Assembly: GCF_006345805.1 (NCBI RefSeq)
Contig: NC_043004.1
Location: 86,800,001-86,864,000, forward strand
Reading direction: 5' to 3'
From: Octopus sinensis
Lineage: Eukaryota
Length of the DNA stretch: 64,000 nucleotides
Part shown: positions 26,345-39,296 of the stretch, one piece after another
Layout of the letters: the number at the start of each line of letters is the position of its first letter
Position numbering within the stretch: the first letter of the stretch is position 1
Made by a program: the position numbers and the translations under genes
Notes under the pieces: model-generated
The model's database searches: none
What the model was told of the DNA's origin: nothing
What the model saw: the letters and a program-made list of their open reading frames with translations, nothing else

Positions 26345-27055
26345 CATCATCATCATCATTGTTTAACGTCCATTTTCCATGCTAGCATGGGTTGGACGGT
26401 TTGACTGAGGTTGGGAGAGCTGCACCAAGATCCAATCTGATCTGGCAAGGTTTCTACAGCTGGATGCCTTTCCTAATGCCAACCACTCCAAGAGTGTAGT
26501 GGGTGCTTTTTACTTACCACCAGCATGGGAGTTAGTCAGGCAGCCCTGGCATTAATTACATTTGGATAGCGCTTTTTACATGCCACAGGCATAGGACCCA
26601 GTCAGGGGGTACTAGAATTGACCATGTTCGGATAGTACTTTTTAAATCCCACTGGCATGGGAGCCAGTCAGGCAGACCTGGCATTGACCATATTCAGATG
26701 ATGCTTTTTACATGCCACCGGCATGGGAGCCAGTCAGGGGGTACTGGCATTGGCCACGTTTGGATGATGCATTTTATGTGCCACCGGAACAGGAGCCAGT
26801 CAGGAGGCACAGGCCACAGCTACTATTTTGATTTTACTTGACTCAACAAGTCTTCTCAAGCATATCATATCGCCTGATTCATCAAGGGTACTTTTAAATG
26901 GACCAGACATGCAACACTGGCATTGGCCATGGCTACGATCTTACTTTAGTTGCTAGGTTTCTCAATCACAGCATATCTCCAAAGATCTCGGTCTCCTGTC
27001 ATTGCCTCTGTGAGGTCCAACATTCGAAGGTCATGCTTCACCACCTCATCCCATC
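26345..27055 (-). mobile_element. RTE LINE 3' end with ~60-bp tandem repeats in the 3' UTR
   Basis: Minus translation WDEVVKHDLRMLDLTEAMTGDRDLWRYAVIEK (RTE C-terminus), then repeat units and an (ATG)n tail. Confidence 0.8.
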
Positions 27056-28780
27056 GAGTGTGAATTTAACAATTTTATTATAAACCAAAAGATTTCAATA
27101 GATTTGCAAAGAAATAATAAGTTCAAACCAAAGCAGCTGTATAAGTTTTTCATTAAATTATACATTCAACTAAAACTAAGTACATTAATTTTCAACTTAA
27201 CAGAAAAATCTTCATTGTTAATGATGTAAACTGGTGACATATTTATCCCCACTCAAAGTGGATTTTGCATTAGAACACATAATACTGCATTAATTACCAC
27301 GAGAGAACCTCTCATATGGACATGGGGTGCTTCTAGTTTTAAGCAGTGATAAATATTACTTTTGGAATTAATACTGCTTTTGTCACTATTAATTATATAC
27401 TCTTTACTCTCTTTTACTTGTTTCAGTTATTTGACTGTGGCCATGCTGGAGCATCGCCTTTAGTCGAGCAAATCGACCCCAGGACTTATTCTTTGTAAGC
27501 CTAGTACTTATTCTATCAGTTTCTTTTGCCGAACCGCTAAGTTACTTTGAGTTTCATTATACATACCATAAATTGCTCTCCAAAGTTTTTCATTCATCTG
27601 CACCCGCTTACTCATTTAGCATGTCTACAAAGTACACATGCAACCCTAATAAAAGAAAGTAAATGCAAGGTAGCTTCTTTTTTGGCTTTACTTATTACTA
27701 CATGATTCCAAAACTTGGTACAAATCCAAAATATATCCTGTTCAACCCTACTCTATTCTGTATTTATTTTCTGTTATTTTAGGAAAACAAAAATATTATG
27801 TATAAAGCCAAGCAATAAAGCTTGACTAAAAATACTTGAGACAAAATCAAATTGTCAATTCATTTGCTTAAAGACATTTTATCAAATTCTAAAACAATTA
27901 TCAGTGGCATCCTGGTGTAAGCAGTTGAAAACTAGAGCACAATAATGATAGTGGAACTATCTACAACAATAATTATGTTTTACTACTTTGTAACTCCCAA
28001 AGGCCAAGAATATCAATTGTTTTGTGCAACCCAGATGTTTTTGAGAGTTGAACCAAGTTACCAAATCGTTATTACATTATTTCAACTCTTTCCCATGTTA
28101 CTTGAATTAACCTTCTTTCTGCCTTTTGCTTGTTTTAGTCATAAGACTATGGCTATGCTGGGGCACCACCTCGATTAATTTTAGTTGAATGAATCAATTA
28201 TAGTACTTACTTTTTTTAAAGCCTGGTACTTTATCAGTCTCTTTTGCCAAACAGCTAAGTTATGGGGATGTAAACACACCAACACTGATTATCAAGCGGT
28301 GGTGGGGGACAAACACAGACATAAAGACATACACACATAAATGTATACATATACAACAGGCTTCTTTCAGTTTCTGTACATCAAATCCACTCACAAGGTT
28401 TTGGTCAGCCTGAGACTATAGTAGAAAATACTTGTCCAAGGTGCCACGCAGTAGGACTGAACCTGGAACCATGTGGTTCAGAAGCAAGCTTCTTACTACA
28501 CTGCCATGCATGTAGAAAATATTTTTATTGTAGTTTTCTGTAGCTCTATTCTTCCTCTACAAATTTTGTTTATTGTTATTGAAATTCTGATAAATTTTAT
28601 CGCTTTTCAGACATAGGACAATGGAATGCCAACCTTTACAACAACACACCTGCCCCTGCCCTCATATTAACTCTTTCTCTCCCTTTTTTACACTTTCTCT
28701 CTGGCTGGGTAACTATGTACTTCCTCTACAGCAAGACACCTGTTTCTGTCTCTCTGTCACACTCTAACCATTTATCGTCT

Positions 28781-29005
28781 TATTTCTTTATTGCCCACAA
28801 GGGGCTAAACATAGAGGGGACAAACAAGGACAGATTAAGTTGATTACATCAACCCCAGTGCATAACTGGTACTTAATTTATCAACCCCGTAAGAATGAAA
28901 AGCAAAGTCGACCTCGGCAGAATTTGAACTCAGGACGTAACGGCAGACGAAATACAGCTAAGCATTTTGCCTGACATGCTAACGCTTCTGCCAGCTCACT
29001 GCCTT
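28781..29005 (-). mobile_element. SINE family B with 18-bp TSD
   Basis: TCTAACCATTTATCGTCT at 28763-28780 and 29013-29030. Confidence 0.88.
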
Positions 29006-29401
29006 ACATTTATCTAACCATTTATCGTCTGACACAAGATCACCTCCTCCAATATTCCTTGTCTTGCAGAGTTACTCGGTGACCCTGCCAGTACAGGTGC
29101 CACTTAAAAAGCATCCAGTCCACACTGTAAAGTGGTTGGCATTTGGGAGGGCATCCAGCTGTAAAAACCATGCCAAAACTGGCCTCGTCTATGCTGGTGC
29201 CATGTAAAAAGCACTCAGCCCACTCTGCATCTAGCCATAAAAAACCATACCAAAACAGACACAGAAGTATGGTGCAGGCTTCTGCCTGGCAAGCTTCTGT
29301 CAAACTGTCCAACCCATGCCAGCATGAATGGAAGAAGTTAAATGATGATGATGTTGATTTGACAATCTAGACAACAATGTTCTACAGAATAGCCAACATA
29401 C

Positions 29402-29567
29402 CAGTATATTCCTGAGTAGCATCTAAAGGATCAATCCAAACAACAATTTCATTCAGTGGAATTCTCTGGTCAGATTTTATCTCTTTATTCACATCTTCTC
29501 TTTGCTTTGCCGTGTCCTCTATGTTGTGAAAATCAACAGGCTTTGTCTCGTGTTCTTCTGATATGAC
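29402..29567 (-). CDS. IMPAD1: IMPAD1/BPNT2 coding exon 2
   Basis: VISEE...[14 protein letters not shown], the metal-binding DPLDAT motif of the IMPase/BPNT family. Acceptor TTTTTTAAG|GTC, donor G|GTATGT; 166 nt, phase 0 to 1. Confidence 0.95.
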
Positions 29568-29745
29568 CTTAAAAAACATAAATAAAATATAAAATAAAAA
29601 TCAGCTGATACATCAGAACAAGCAATGTATGTTATATGTAAAATAAAAAAAATAATATATTTTAAAGGTAACTAGTTAATAGAACAATTATTACTTTTCA
29701 TTTAAATTGAAAATATCTTCTTTGAAGTTTTCCAAACATCATATC

Positions 29746-30131
29746 TCTTTATTCTTTTACTTGTTTCAGTCATTTGACTGCGGCCATACTGGAGCACTGC
29801 CTTTAGTCGAGCAAATCGACCCCAGGACTTATTCTTTGTAAACCAAGTACATATTCTATCAGTCTCTTTTGCCGAACCGCTAAGTTACGGGGACGTAAAC
29901 ACACCAGCATCAGTTGTCAAGCGATGTTGGGGGGACAAACACAGACTCACATATATATACATATATACGATGGGCTTCTTTCAGTTTCCGTCTACCAAAT
30001 CCACTCACAAGGCTTTGGTTGGCCAGAGGCTAGAGTAGAAGACACTTGCCCAAGGTGCCATACAGTGAGACTGAACCCAGAACCATATGGTTGGTAAGCA
30101 AGCTACTTACCACACAGCCACTCCTGCGCCT
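29746..30131 (-). mobile_element. SINE family A (IMPAD1 intron 1, ~180 bp from exon 2)
   Basis: Full-length reverse-complement match to 8430-8791. Confidence 0.9.
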
Positions 30132-30448
30132 ATATATATTTTAGTTATCAACCTAAAACCCAAATTTCTCTACTAAAATGGTTTGATCTGCTCTATAGAG
30201 ACTCTTCCTAGACAGTCTTCATTTCATCAAGGAGTTCTTTTATTTATTTTTTTTTACTGGCTTGAGTCATATATAAACAGGGCCCATACTACTGCAAGTC
30301 CTTCAAGGTTTTTCATTAACCACATATCTTCTATCTACTATTTATTTTACCATTCCCAGTTTATCAAATTGTCAAGTTACTTTTTTTCACTTAAAGAGAT
30401 ATAACTCAAAACATCAGTTTATAAACACACTCACACAAAAAATCAGGC

Positions 30449-31045
30449 AATATTTTGGGTATAGGAAAGTATGTGCAAACTGGGTACCTTGGCCGTTGAC
30501 ACCTGATTTAAGGAGAAGGTCTTCTTTTGTCTGCTGGTTGCACTTGAATCCAATGAAGACATTTTCTTCTAATTTACCGACTGCCTGATTTTTTTTACCA
30601 AAAATGTGTGTGTTCATGTACTGTCAAGGCAAATGTGGATCATTTTCAGTTTCACTTCCAGTCACTTCCTTCTAATGGCTTCTGCAATATTGCTTGCAGT
30701 TCATGGTACAGCCATGTTCCAGAAAATCAAGAAGAATGGTGCCTTTGTCATCCTCAAAATAAGTCACCATGAATTTCTGTGCTGACTGCTAGCTCAAGAG
30801 CCAGAGTGAGATTATATCATCCACTGAGGAGACCGTGGAGAAGAGGTGTGACACTGTTTCATGGATTAAAGCTCTTGTGTTCAGACCATAAAGCTATGCC
30901 CGTATTTCATCCCCTATCACTAAATTAGACGAAAATGTCTTCATTGGATTCAAGTGCAACCAGTTGACAAAAGAAGACCTCCTTAAATAAGATGTCAACT
31001 GCCAAGGTACCCACTTTGCACATACTTTCCTATACCCAAAATATT
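30449..31045 (-). mobile_element. mariner transposase remnant with internal inverted duplication
   Basis: GYRKVCAxWVP, LVIGDE and KFMVTYFEDDKGTILLDFLE motifs. 30449-30576 is an inverted copy of 30921-31045. Confidence 0.75.
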
Positions 31046-32084
31046 CCACAATCAGACCACAGTTGAGAAGGAAGTTCAGTGACTGTGACCTGGGTGTCTT
31101 ACACTATGGCCTCAGGTCATCCAATGCTACATGAAAATCAGAGAGACCGGAAGAATAAATACCAGACTTAAAAAAAAGGTTTGGGGTTAATTCATTCGAC
31201 TAAAATAAATTGTTCAATGTGGTGCCCCAACATGGCCACATTCTAATGACTAAAACAAGTAAAAGATAAAATACATATTTTGACTAATTCTCTAAAATAA
31301 AATAAAAAATAAAAATGCTTTCAGCAAAACTATCCCAAAGTATACTTTCTATGTACAAGAAGCATGATGTGTTAGTCATCATAACACAATAAACAATGAA
31401 TAAAACTGTTTCAAGGTTATTTTTTCTTAAGTACTTGTTGAAGAGAAAGAATAAAGAATCTAAACTGTGGCAACTGAACATATATAAATGGTAGTCATAT
31501 TATCCAGTTCTCATCAAATTATCTAAGTAGTGTGGGGTGAATGGATAGATGATGACTACAACAGATGACTAGTCTTAAGAATTTTTATATTTGACTGAGG
31601 CTTTTCAATATCAACAATGTAGAAATATAGCTTCTCATATATTTTTTATATACATACTAATGTAACACATTGTTTCCACACAAGTGCACAAATATTGCAT
31701 TAGGATATCTTTTATTCAATTTCATCATTAGATTGTGACCATGCTGGGGCACCGCCTTGAAGGGTTTAGTAGAACAAATTGACCCCAGTACACTATCAGT
31801 CTCTTTTGCCAATCTGTTAAGTTCTGGGAACATACACAAACCAATCTTGATTCTCAAGCAAAAAGAGACATATACATACATACATGTGTGTGTGTGTGTA
31901 ACAGGCTTCCATCTACCAGTTTCAGTTACAAGGCATTGATTGGCTCAGGGTTATTGTAGAAGACATTTGCTCAAGGGAGGAAACTGAAACCATGTGGTTT
32001 CAACCAAATAGTCATGCATACTGCTTCCAGGACAATGACATCGGGGATTAGAATGCATAAACATGCTTATTTACATTTAGCATA

Positions 32085-32597
32085 TCTATATATATAAAAC
32101 TGTAGTTGTGTGAGTGTCTGTCCCCTTCGATTTAGATTCCTAACTACTCCCACATTTTGCGGTGCAGTTTAACCTAATTCGGGTATCTTATAGTCGTGAT
32201 TCATATCGAGCCCGTCTGAGTATTAGCGCGCGTCTACGATGAGTCTACGATTTTAAAAATAATTTAACATAATTTTTTATTCCATTTTAATGCATAATTT
32301 TTCGTGTGTCGATGGCGGCGGAGTTGGCGTCCATGGTCACAGCTGCACCTGTTTGCTTCTCCCCCTTCTTCCCTCCCTTGTGAAGCTGTGGGGAAGGGAG
32401 TGTAAGGAAATCAACGTCGTAAAGCGTTGTCAAGGAGACCAGCGTTCTTTTAGAACAACGACTTCATGGCTTGAAGACACCAAAACAGAAATGGCTAAGA
32501 AAGCCCGAATTGGCATCTATAAGGGAAGTAACTCTCTAAAAATGCTTATATAGTTATTTCCCTTACAAACCCAAGCAACGCCGGGCGATACTGCTAG
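32085..32597 (+). mobile_element. Non-autonomous Helitron
   Basis: A|TC start (TCTATATATATAAAAC), subterminal hairpin-like CCCAAGCAACGCCGGG, CTAG|T end, no TSD. Confidence 0.85.
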
Positions 32598-35204
32598 TGC
32601 CATCTAAAAGTGTCTTTGCACTTTTATGTGACACTGGTATGGGTGCTTTTACATGACACCAGCACCTGTGAGCCCTCAACACAAAACCTCTTGGCTGAGA
32701 GAGGGACATACAAGACATGACTGTATGTATGCATGGCCATAGTTTGACTTAGCTTGCTATGTCTTCTCAAGCACAGCAAACCACCATAAGTCTTGATCTC
32801 ATGATGAAGGCATGGCTGTGTGCTTAAAAAGTTCACTTCCCAATCATGTGGTTTTGATTTAATCCCACTGCATAGCGCGTGAAGCAAGTGACAGCCCTTG
32901 GCTGACCAAAAAAGTGGATTTGGTATCTGGAAACTGAAAGAACCCTGTTGCATAAATCTACATGTCTGTATATGTGTGTTGTGTGTGAAAATAATTGCAA
33001 ACAAGTGTCATTGTCATACAAGCAGTACCCTTTGTTATCCAACCATCTGTCCAGTCAATGGGAAATATTACCTTGCTTGGAAGCAGGTGAGGGTATGTGA
33101 TAGGAACAACATATGGCTGTAGAAAATCTGCCTTGATAAATAAATTTTTTTTAACCCATACAAACATGGAGGAGTGGATGTTAAACCAAGGATATAATGA
33201 TGAAATATACCAAATCTATTCATATGGCTTTTTGGCCTGGGGCTATAATAGAAAGCACTTGCCTAAAGTGCCACACAGGGGACTGAACATAAAACCATGT
33301 GATTGCAAAGCAAACTTCTTAATTATACTTCTTCATAACTCTGATTGCAATAGTTCAATCTAGGCTCAACTTCTGAAAGATGGTTTCTGCACTTACATAG
33401 AATCTATTCTCTCACCCATTCACCTGATATCAGCAACAAAATCTCATAGTCTAATGTTTCTACGATATATTGAGCAACTTCAACTATCAATATTTGTTTG
33501 GCTATTTCGTATCTGCATTGAGGTTATCTAGCTCAGTCTGTCCCCACTTCTCTCTCTAAAATATTGGTTTTTTTTAATCTCTTCATACACAAACACAGCT
33601 GGTGCAGAGGCACAACTGTATTTTTTATCATGCCAAACAGTCTGTAGCAATTAGTATTCTCACCTACATTTATCTGCACAGCCTTCCTACATTTATGCAA
33701 AACACACCCAGACAACATCTCACTCACATTTTGTCACACTTCTATTCTCTAGACACAATAGCAAAAATACCTAGAAACCTGGCAGCATGGCTGTGTGGTT
33801 AAGATAATTTTGCAGCCACATGGTTTTAGGTTCAGCCTCACTGTACAGCACCTTGGACGTCTTCCACTATGGCCCCAGGTCAACCAATGCCACATGAGTA
33901 AAGTTGATAGACAGAAACTGTGTAGAAGCCTGTTGTGTGTGTGGCTGACCCCCCCCACACACACACCTCCCACTGTTTGACAACTAGTGTTAAAAGTTTG
34001 CCAAAACAGACCGATAGAAAAAGTACCAGACTTATATAAGAACAGGGGTCAATTTGTTCAGCCAAACTTGTCAAGGCATTGCCCCAGCTAGGCCACAGTT
34101 CAATGACTGAAACGATAAAAACTTCAAATAAACACCTTCCAGATCCACATTAATAATTACCATTTACCTTAAAAAAACAGCAACTACAATCAACCATAAG
34201 GCTTAACATGAGCATGCCACACAGGAATTACAAAACATCTAATAATATTCCCATTACACAAAGAGTCTAATAGCAAAACGGTTCACAAACATACTAAGAG
34301 CACTTACTAGTAAAATGCTCAACACAAAGAAATAACAATATTAGTTAATGTATATTCAATGTATTCTGTCCATTATGGATTATATCAGTCCAGTCCAAGG
34401 CCATCAATCACTCCACAACAGGTCATAACAAACTATGAAGTGCACAAATTGACACAATTCACATCACTACAGGATGCATATAGACCACCTGTGCAACAGA
34501 ACAAAAATGTAGAAAATGAAAGCCTCAGACTACCTAGACACATAAGGGACACAGGGTGTTTCTGCCGCTGGAGTTTTAACACTCTCAGTACCATTACAAC
34601 ATATTCAATTACTACTCCAACACTCCAGGACACTATTACAACAGCAACCCAAGTCTATACAAACATTAAAAAAAACAACATATATTTATCTTTACTTGTT
34701 TTAGTCATTGGACTGCAGTCCATGCTGGGGTTCCACCTTGGAGGGTTTAGTGGAACAAATCGATCCCAGTACTTATTCTATCAGTTGCATTTGCTAAAAC
34801 TGCCAAGTTACAGGGTTGAACACAAACCAATACTGCTTGTCAAGTGATGACACACACATAAATATATACAAAGATACATACTTGCATACATAGATACATC
34901 CATGCACACACACACACATAAAACAAGCTTCTATATAGTTTCTGTTTACCAAATGCACTCACAAAGCTTTGGTTGGCTTAGGGCTATAATAGGAGATACT
35001 TGTTCAAGGTATCATGCAGTGGGGCACAAACCAAAACCTTGTGGCTGTTAAATGAGCTTCTTAACCACACAGTATAGCATTAGTAGTCTCATTAGCCCAA
35101 AATACTCTTAAAGAAAACAGTACCAATAATAAGTACAGAGGAGAAGCAGCAGCCGTTGTTTGGACAAAGCTCACTTTTTTGCAGCCACCATTGGAATCTA
35201 CGGA

Positions 35205-35432
35205 ATAATCCTTTCTACAAGAGGAACAAGGCCTGAAATGTTGGGGAGGGTTGTGGGGAGCTAGTCAATTTCATCGACCTCCAGTGCGTAACTGATACTT
35301 ATCTAATCGACCCTGAAAGGATGAAAAGCAAAGTTGACTCCAGTGGAATTTGAACTCAGAATGTAGTGGTAGATGAAATGCCGCTAAGCATTTCGCCCGG
35401 CATGCTAACAATTCTGCCAGCTCACCACCTTT
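35205..35432 (-). mobile_element. SINE family B
   Basis: Reverse complement of family B head and core. Confidence 0.85.
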
Positions 35433-36193
35433 CGCTCTCTCAATAATAATCACCCCTCTTCTGATCTAGCATCTGACACACCACTTTTTGTCTAGGATTA
35501 CTCATCTTTCTTCTGCCCTACATTCCTTATAACCAGTGTTAAATACTTTACTCTTAGACAATCTTTCTCTGTTCATGTTTAGCTAGGTCCAAGTCAACGA
35601 CTGGATAAATTTACAATCAGAGGAACTGCAGCCATAACTAATCCTTTTTTTTTTTTTGTGAAGGGCATTTAGATTTATATTATTTAATGTGTCCTTTACT
35701 TATTTGGAACAGAGAGATTTTGAAGGAGAGTTGAGTGCTATTATTAGCAGGCTGGCCACCACATAAGAAACCTCTTACAAGCATTAATGGATTTAGGTAA
35801 TGCTCAATAAGATAATCATTCTAAGATTTTATTAGTTATTAATTCTAATGTATTCCAGTAAAATATCTATATGAAGAATTTTGTGCTAATTTTAATAAAT
35901 TCTTACAATGTTAGCTTGAATAAAATTCCAGTTACACTATATCACTGTGTGTAATATATTTTAAAAAATATAGTTGTGTAAAGCCAGAACAACGTGAGAA
36001 AGTGTGTGTTTGAGTGTATATATATATATATATATATATATAGAAAGATAAATAGATTTGTGCAAAAAATAGTTTAATTAAGGATGAGCCATCAAATACA
36101 CAAATATGAAAATTAGGTTACCCTCTATGATGCTAGCCTAATTCATAATTACTTTATATAAAGTGCTATTGATTGGGAAAAGAAACCAGGTGC

Positions 36194-36243
36194 GTCTTCT
36201 CTGAGGAGATGCCAACAATCCATGAAACGGTCTGTCAGAAGAC
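36194..36243 (+). ncRNA. Type I hammerhead ribozyme motif, near-intact
   Basis: Stem I GTCTTCT/AGAAGAC (7 bp), core CTGAGGA plus extra G, stem II ATG/CAT, GAAA, stem III ACGG/CTGT, GTC cleavage triplet at 36234-36236. Next to (TA)n at about 36017-36042. Confidence 0.7.
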
Positions 36244-38972
36244 TCCCACCACATACATATTAATAGCATAAACAGAACGTGTTTACATTATTTAACCCCC
36301 AGTAAGATTTTGTAATGGTTATTTCAATTCTGATTTACGCCGTTTGTCATAATGAATGTTTGCATGTACACACACACACACACACAGAAAAGCAACTTCC
36401 GCATAAATCCACCTATCACAATGAACACCCAATATGCTGTCAGTAATAGTAGTTGTCGACAGAAAGATTTTCCAACCATAAATAAATTTCCATCACAATC
36501 CAGTATGTAGAATACAGTACGTGCTTTACACATCACTTATAACTTTTCTAGAAAAAAAAACATCTTAAATAGTAAATTCTATTTTCGTTGCTAATCACGA
36601 GCACCTGTATACATTACTCCAAGGTAGCTTGCATGAGATCTTTCAAATTACAATTCGCCAACCAAAAACATTACATCATTGCAACCACTAACACTTCTCA
36701 GGTTTCATCTCCTCTTCAACACTACACAAAAACGATCAACTGAAGAAACGTCTAATCGGTCACTCCACTTACTTAAAATACCAGCCAAATCTCCCTCAAA
36801 TTACACACTACGACTGTAAACAAGGAAAGCTCACATCAGACAATATAGTCTTATATACCCCGAAAATGAGATACCTGCGGCTGGAATGCATTTAATCATG
36901 AGCCTGATCGATCAGCACTGTCTTAGACATAATAATAACGAAGAACAAGAATACTACTTTGTGCTTCCAGGACTGATTAGAACTATTTAAAAATAAATAT
37001 AGTCAGTAATTTCTTAATAAATATTTTCTTAACTCTGTAATTACTGTCATTTATTCCAACGTCATCAAATTTGCAAATTCATTTTTACGGCAAATTAACT
37101 AAATAACTATTATTAGATATCCAACTACATCAAAAAACAAAACCACAACTTTTACCTCAAAAACGAAAGAAGACAGCTGAAAATAGTCATACTAAATAAA
37201 GCCTAATGCCCCGAAGTGATCTACCTAGAAACCTCACAAATTCAACATAGTTAAAATTATATCTATATCTATCTACACATATATATGTAACTGCAGTATT
37301 TTTAAATAGGCGATGTAATCAGACTACTTCGACAATCTACGGCAGACTTGACAAAAATACGGACAGTACATTTTCAAATAAATAAATATTACATTTGTAG
37401 CGTGGTTATGACGAAAGATTTGTTGTCAGTTTAAGTAATTGACTTTTGTAACAAATATCTTTCAGATATTTTGATACAATTCTATCATAATTTCATTCGC
37501 ATTTTGAATGCCTTACAGAAATATGTTATTCTTTTGTGTGCGCCTTCACTATTTGAGTTCCTTGTATTAGAAATATTTTGAACACAGATCACTAGCCTTA
37601 ATTTGAAAATTGTAGTGAGACAACAGTTAGGAAAGAATTAACAATACCCACTTCCAGTATAAAATCATCAATGATGTAGCCATTTTAGTTATGTAAAGTG
37701 CGTGATTGTTCCCTTAAAAAATAATAATAAAACAACTGCTCGAATAAAGTAATTCTTATAAAATATAAAACATCAAGCCTGGCAAGTCTAACAGATTGGG
37801 GAGTTGCGGAGAAGACGTTACATCATTCATGACAAAATACATTAACAAAAAAAAAAAATCACAAACAAACAATGCATAGTTTCTAATAAAAAAAAATTAC
37901 CAATCATTAAAGTGAATGATAGGAATAAACACTGAATAGAGAAAGTTCTATGATAAATAATTGATGACAATTCGACAAGATTTAAACATGGTCATTTCTC
38001 TACTCCTTTTCCCGATTGAAACAGAAAGTTAGATAGTATTTACTAGTTTTTGAGATCATTGTTAGACATAATATTAAAGACATTCGACTACTATAGTACA
38101 CAAATGCCATCATGAGATGCATTGCTTTATCCTTTTAACACGGAATGGGATTTATGAAATGATGCTGTTTCAAGATCTTCATTTCTATTTATATATAAAT
38201 CGCTCTTTCAAAACATATTTCATTGTTGTTGTTTTTTTTAATTATTTTCCTTTCAAAATCTCAATTTAACATATATTGTATTATGTTGAACCACCAGCAG
38301 TAACGATAAATATATTTATCTATTTAGTTAAAGCTAGGAAACCATTATTTATTTTTAAAATCATTACAATTCTTGAACTATTTATTTTTTTTTAAATCGT
38401 TACTTTTCTTAAATCATTTATTTACAAACTGGAATAAAAGGGTTTTAGTTTACCAACCGCGATAGCTGATGTTTATATTTCAATTAGTGTATTATAGCTT
38501 CGTTTTTAAAGCTACCAAACACCCATTATCTTAACATTTGTGTAAATAATTATTCATTTATTTTGAATGGACATAGGTAAATGTTATCCCAGCCTGACCA
38601 TAGCTAAAACTAGTGAAAGACAAGTCTAAACAGATTCTAGTGTTTTACTTATCAAGGAAATTCAAGTTAACAGGAACTAAACTGAATTCTCAGCCCAACT
38701 CTATTACTTCAATCGCATAACATGAAATCACAATTAAGAGATATTTGTTAAGAACTGAGTTTAAAAAGTCTACATAACCGAATTAAACATTACATTAACT
38801 ATGGTATTTCATTAACAAATGAGTTAACAGCTAATAAATAAAATCAAACACCTACAAGAGAAATCGAGTGGACGAAGCATATAAGGATAATTAATACATT
38901 TATAGTTTTCTCTCCTTTAAGGAAATATCTTTATGAGAAAGAATAACAAAAGAGAATAATCTCAAATCTTAC

Positions 38973-39296
38973 TTTAAGTCCCGGAAAAGCTTTAGCCATG
39001 CCATAAAGAATTGCGCGATGTGATTCCATATCTCCGAGGGTCTTTAATTCGGTGGCCCCTTCTTTAGTAAATCCCTTCACTTTCGCCGATAATGCATTCT
39101 TTTCGCGGACCTCTAATACTTTTCGGCCACCCCGACGTGCCAATTCAATACTGACGGATAACAATTCCTTCATGCAAATCCTCTCCTCTTTCTGGAACCA
39201 GTTCAGTAAACCAAAATTGTAAATAAGTCCGCATGCTATACATATAGTTAAAATCACAGCCCCAAATGGGTTGAGGCGAATGTTGACAGGGGCCAT
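38973..39296 (-). CDS. IMPAD1: IMPAD1/BPNT2 coding exon 1 (N-terminal signal anchor; in-frame upstream ATG at 39320)
   Basis: MAPVNIRLNPFGAVILTICIACGLIY resembles the vertebrate IMPAD1 N-terminus (MAPMGIRLSPLG plus TM). It continues ELARRGG...KTKEG-like...TLGDMESH...KAFPGLK. Donor AAA|GTAAGA at 38972, phase 0. Confidence 0.93.

Noticed and set aside
34359-34847. 162-aa ORF with a faint L1 endonuclease-like LQDAYR
   Set aside because: Only one weak motif is present and the C-terminal part is a SINE A tail.
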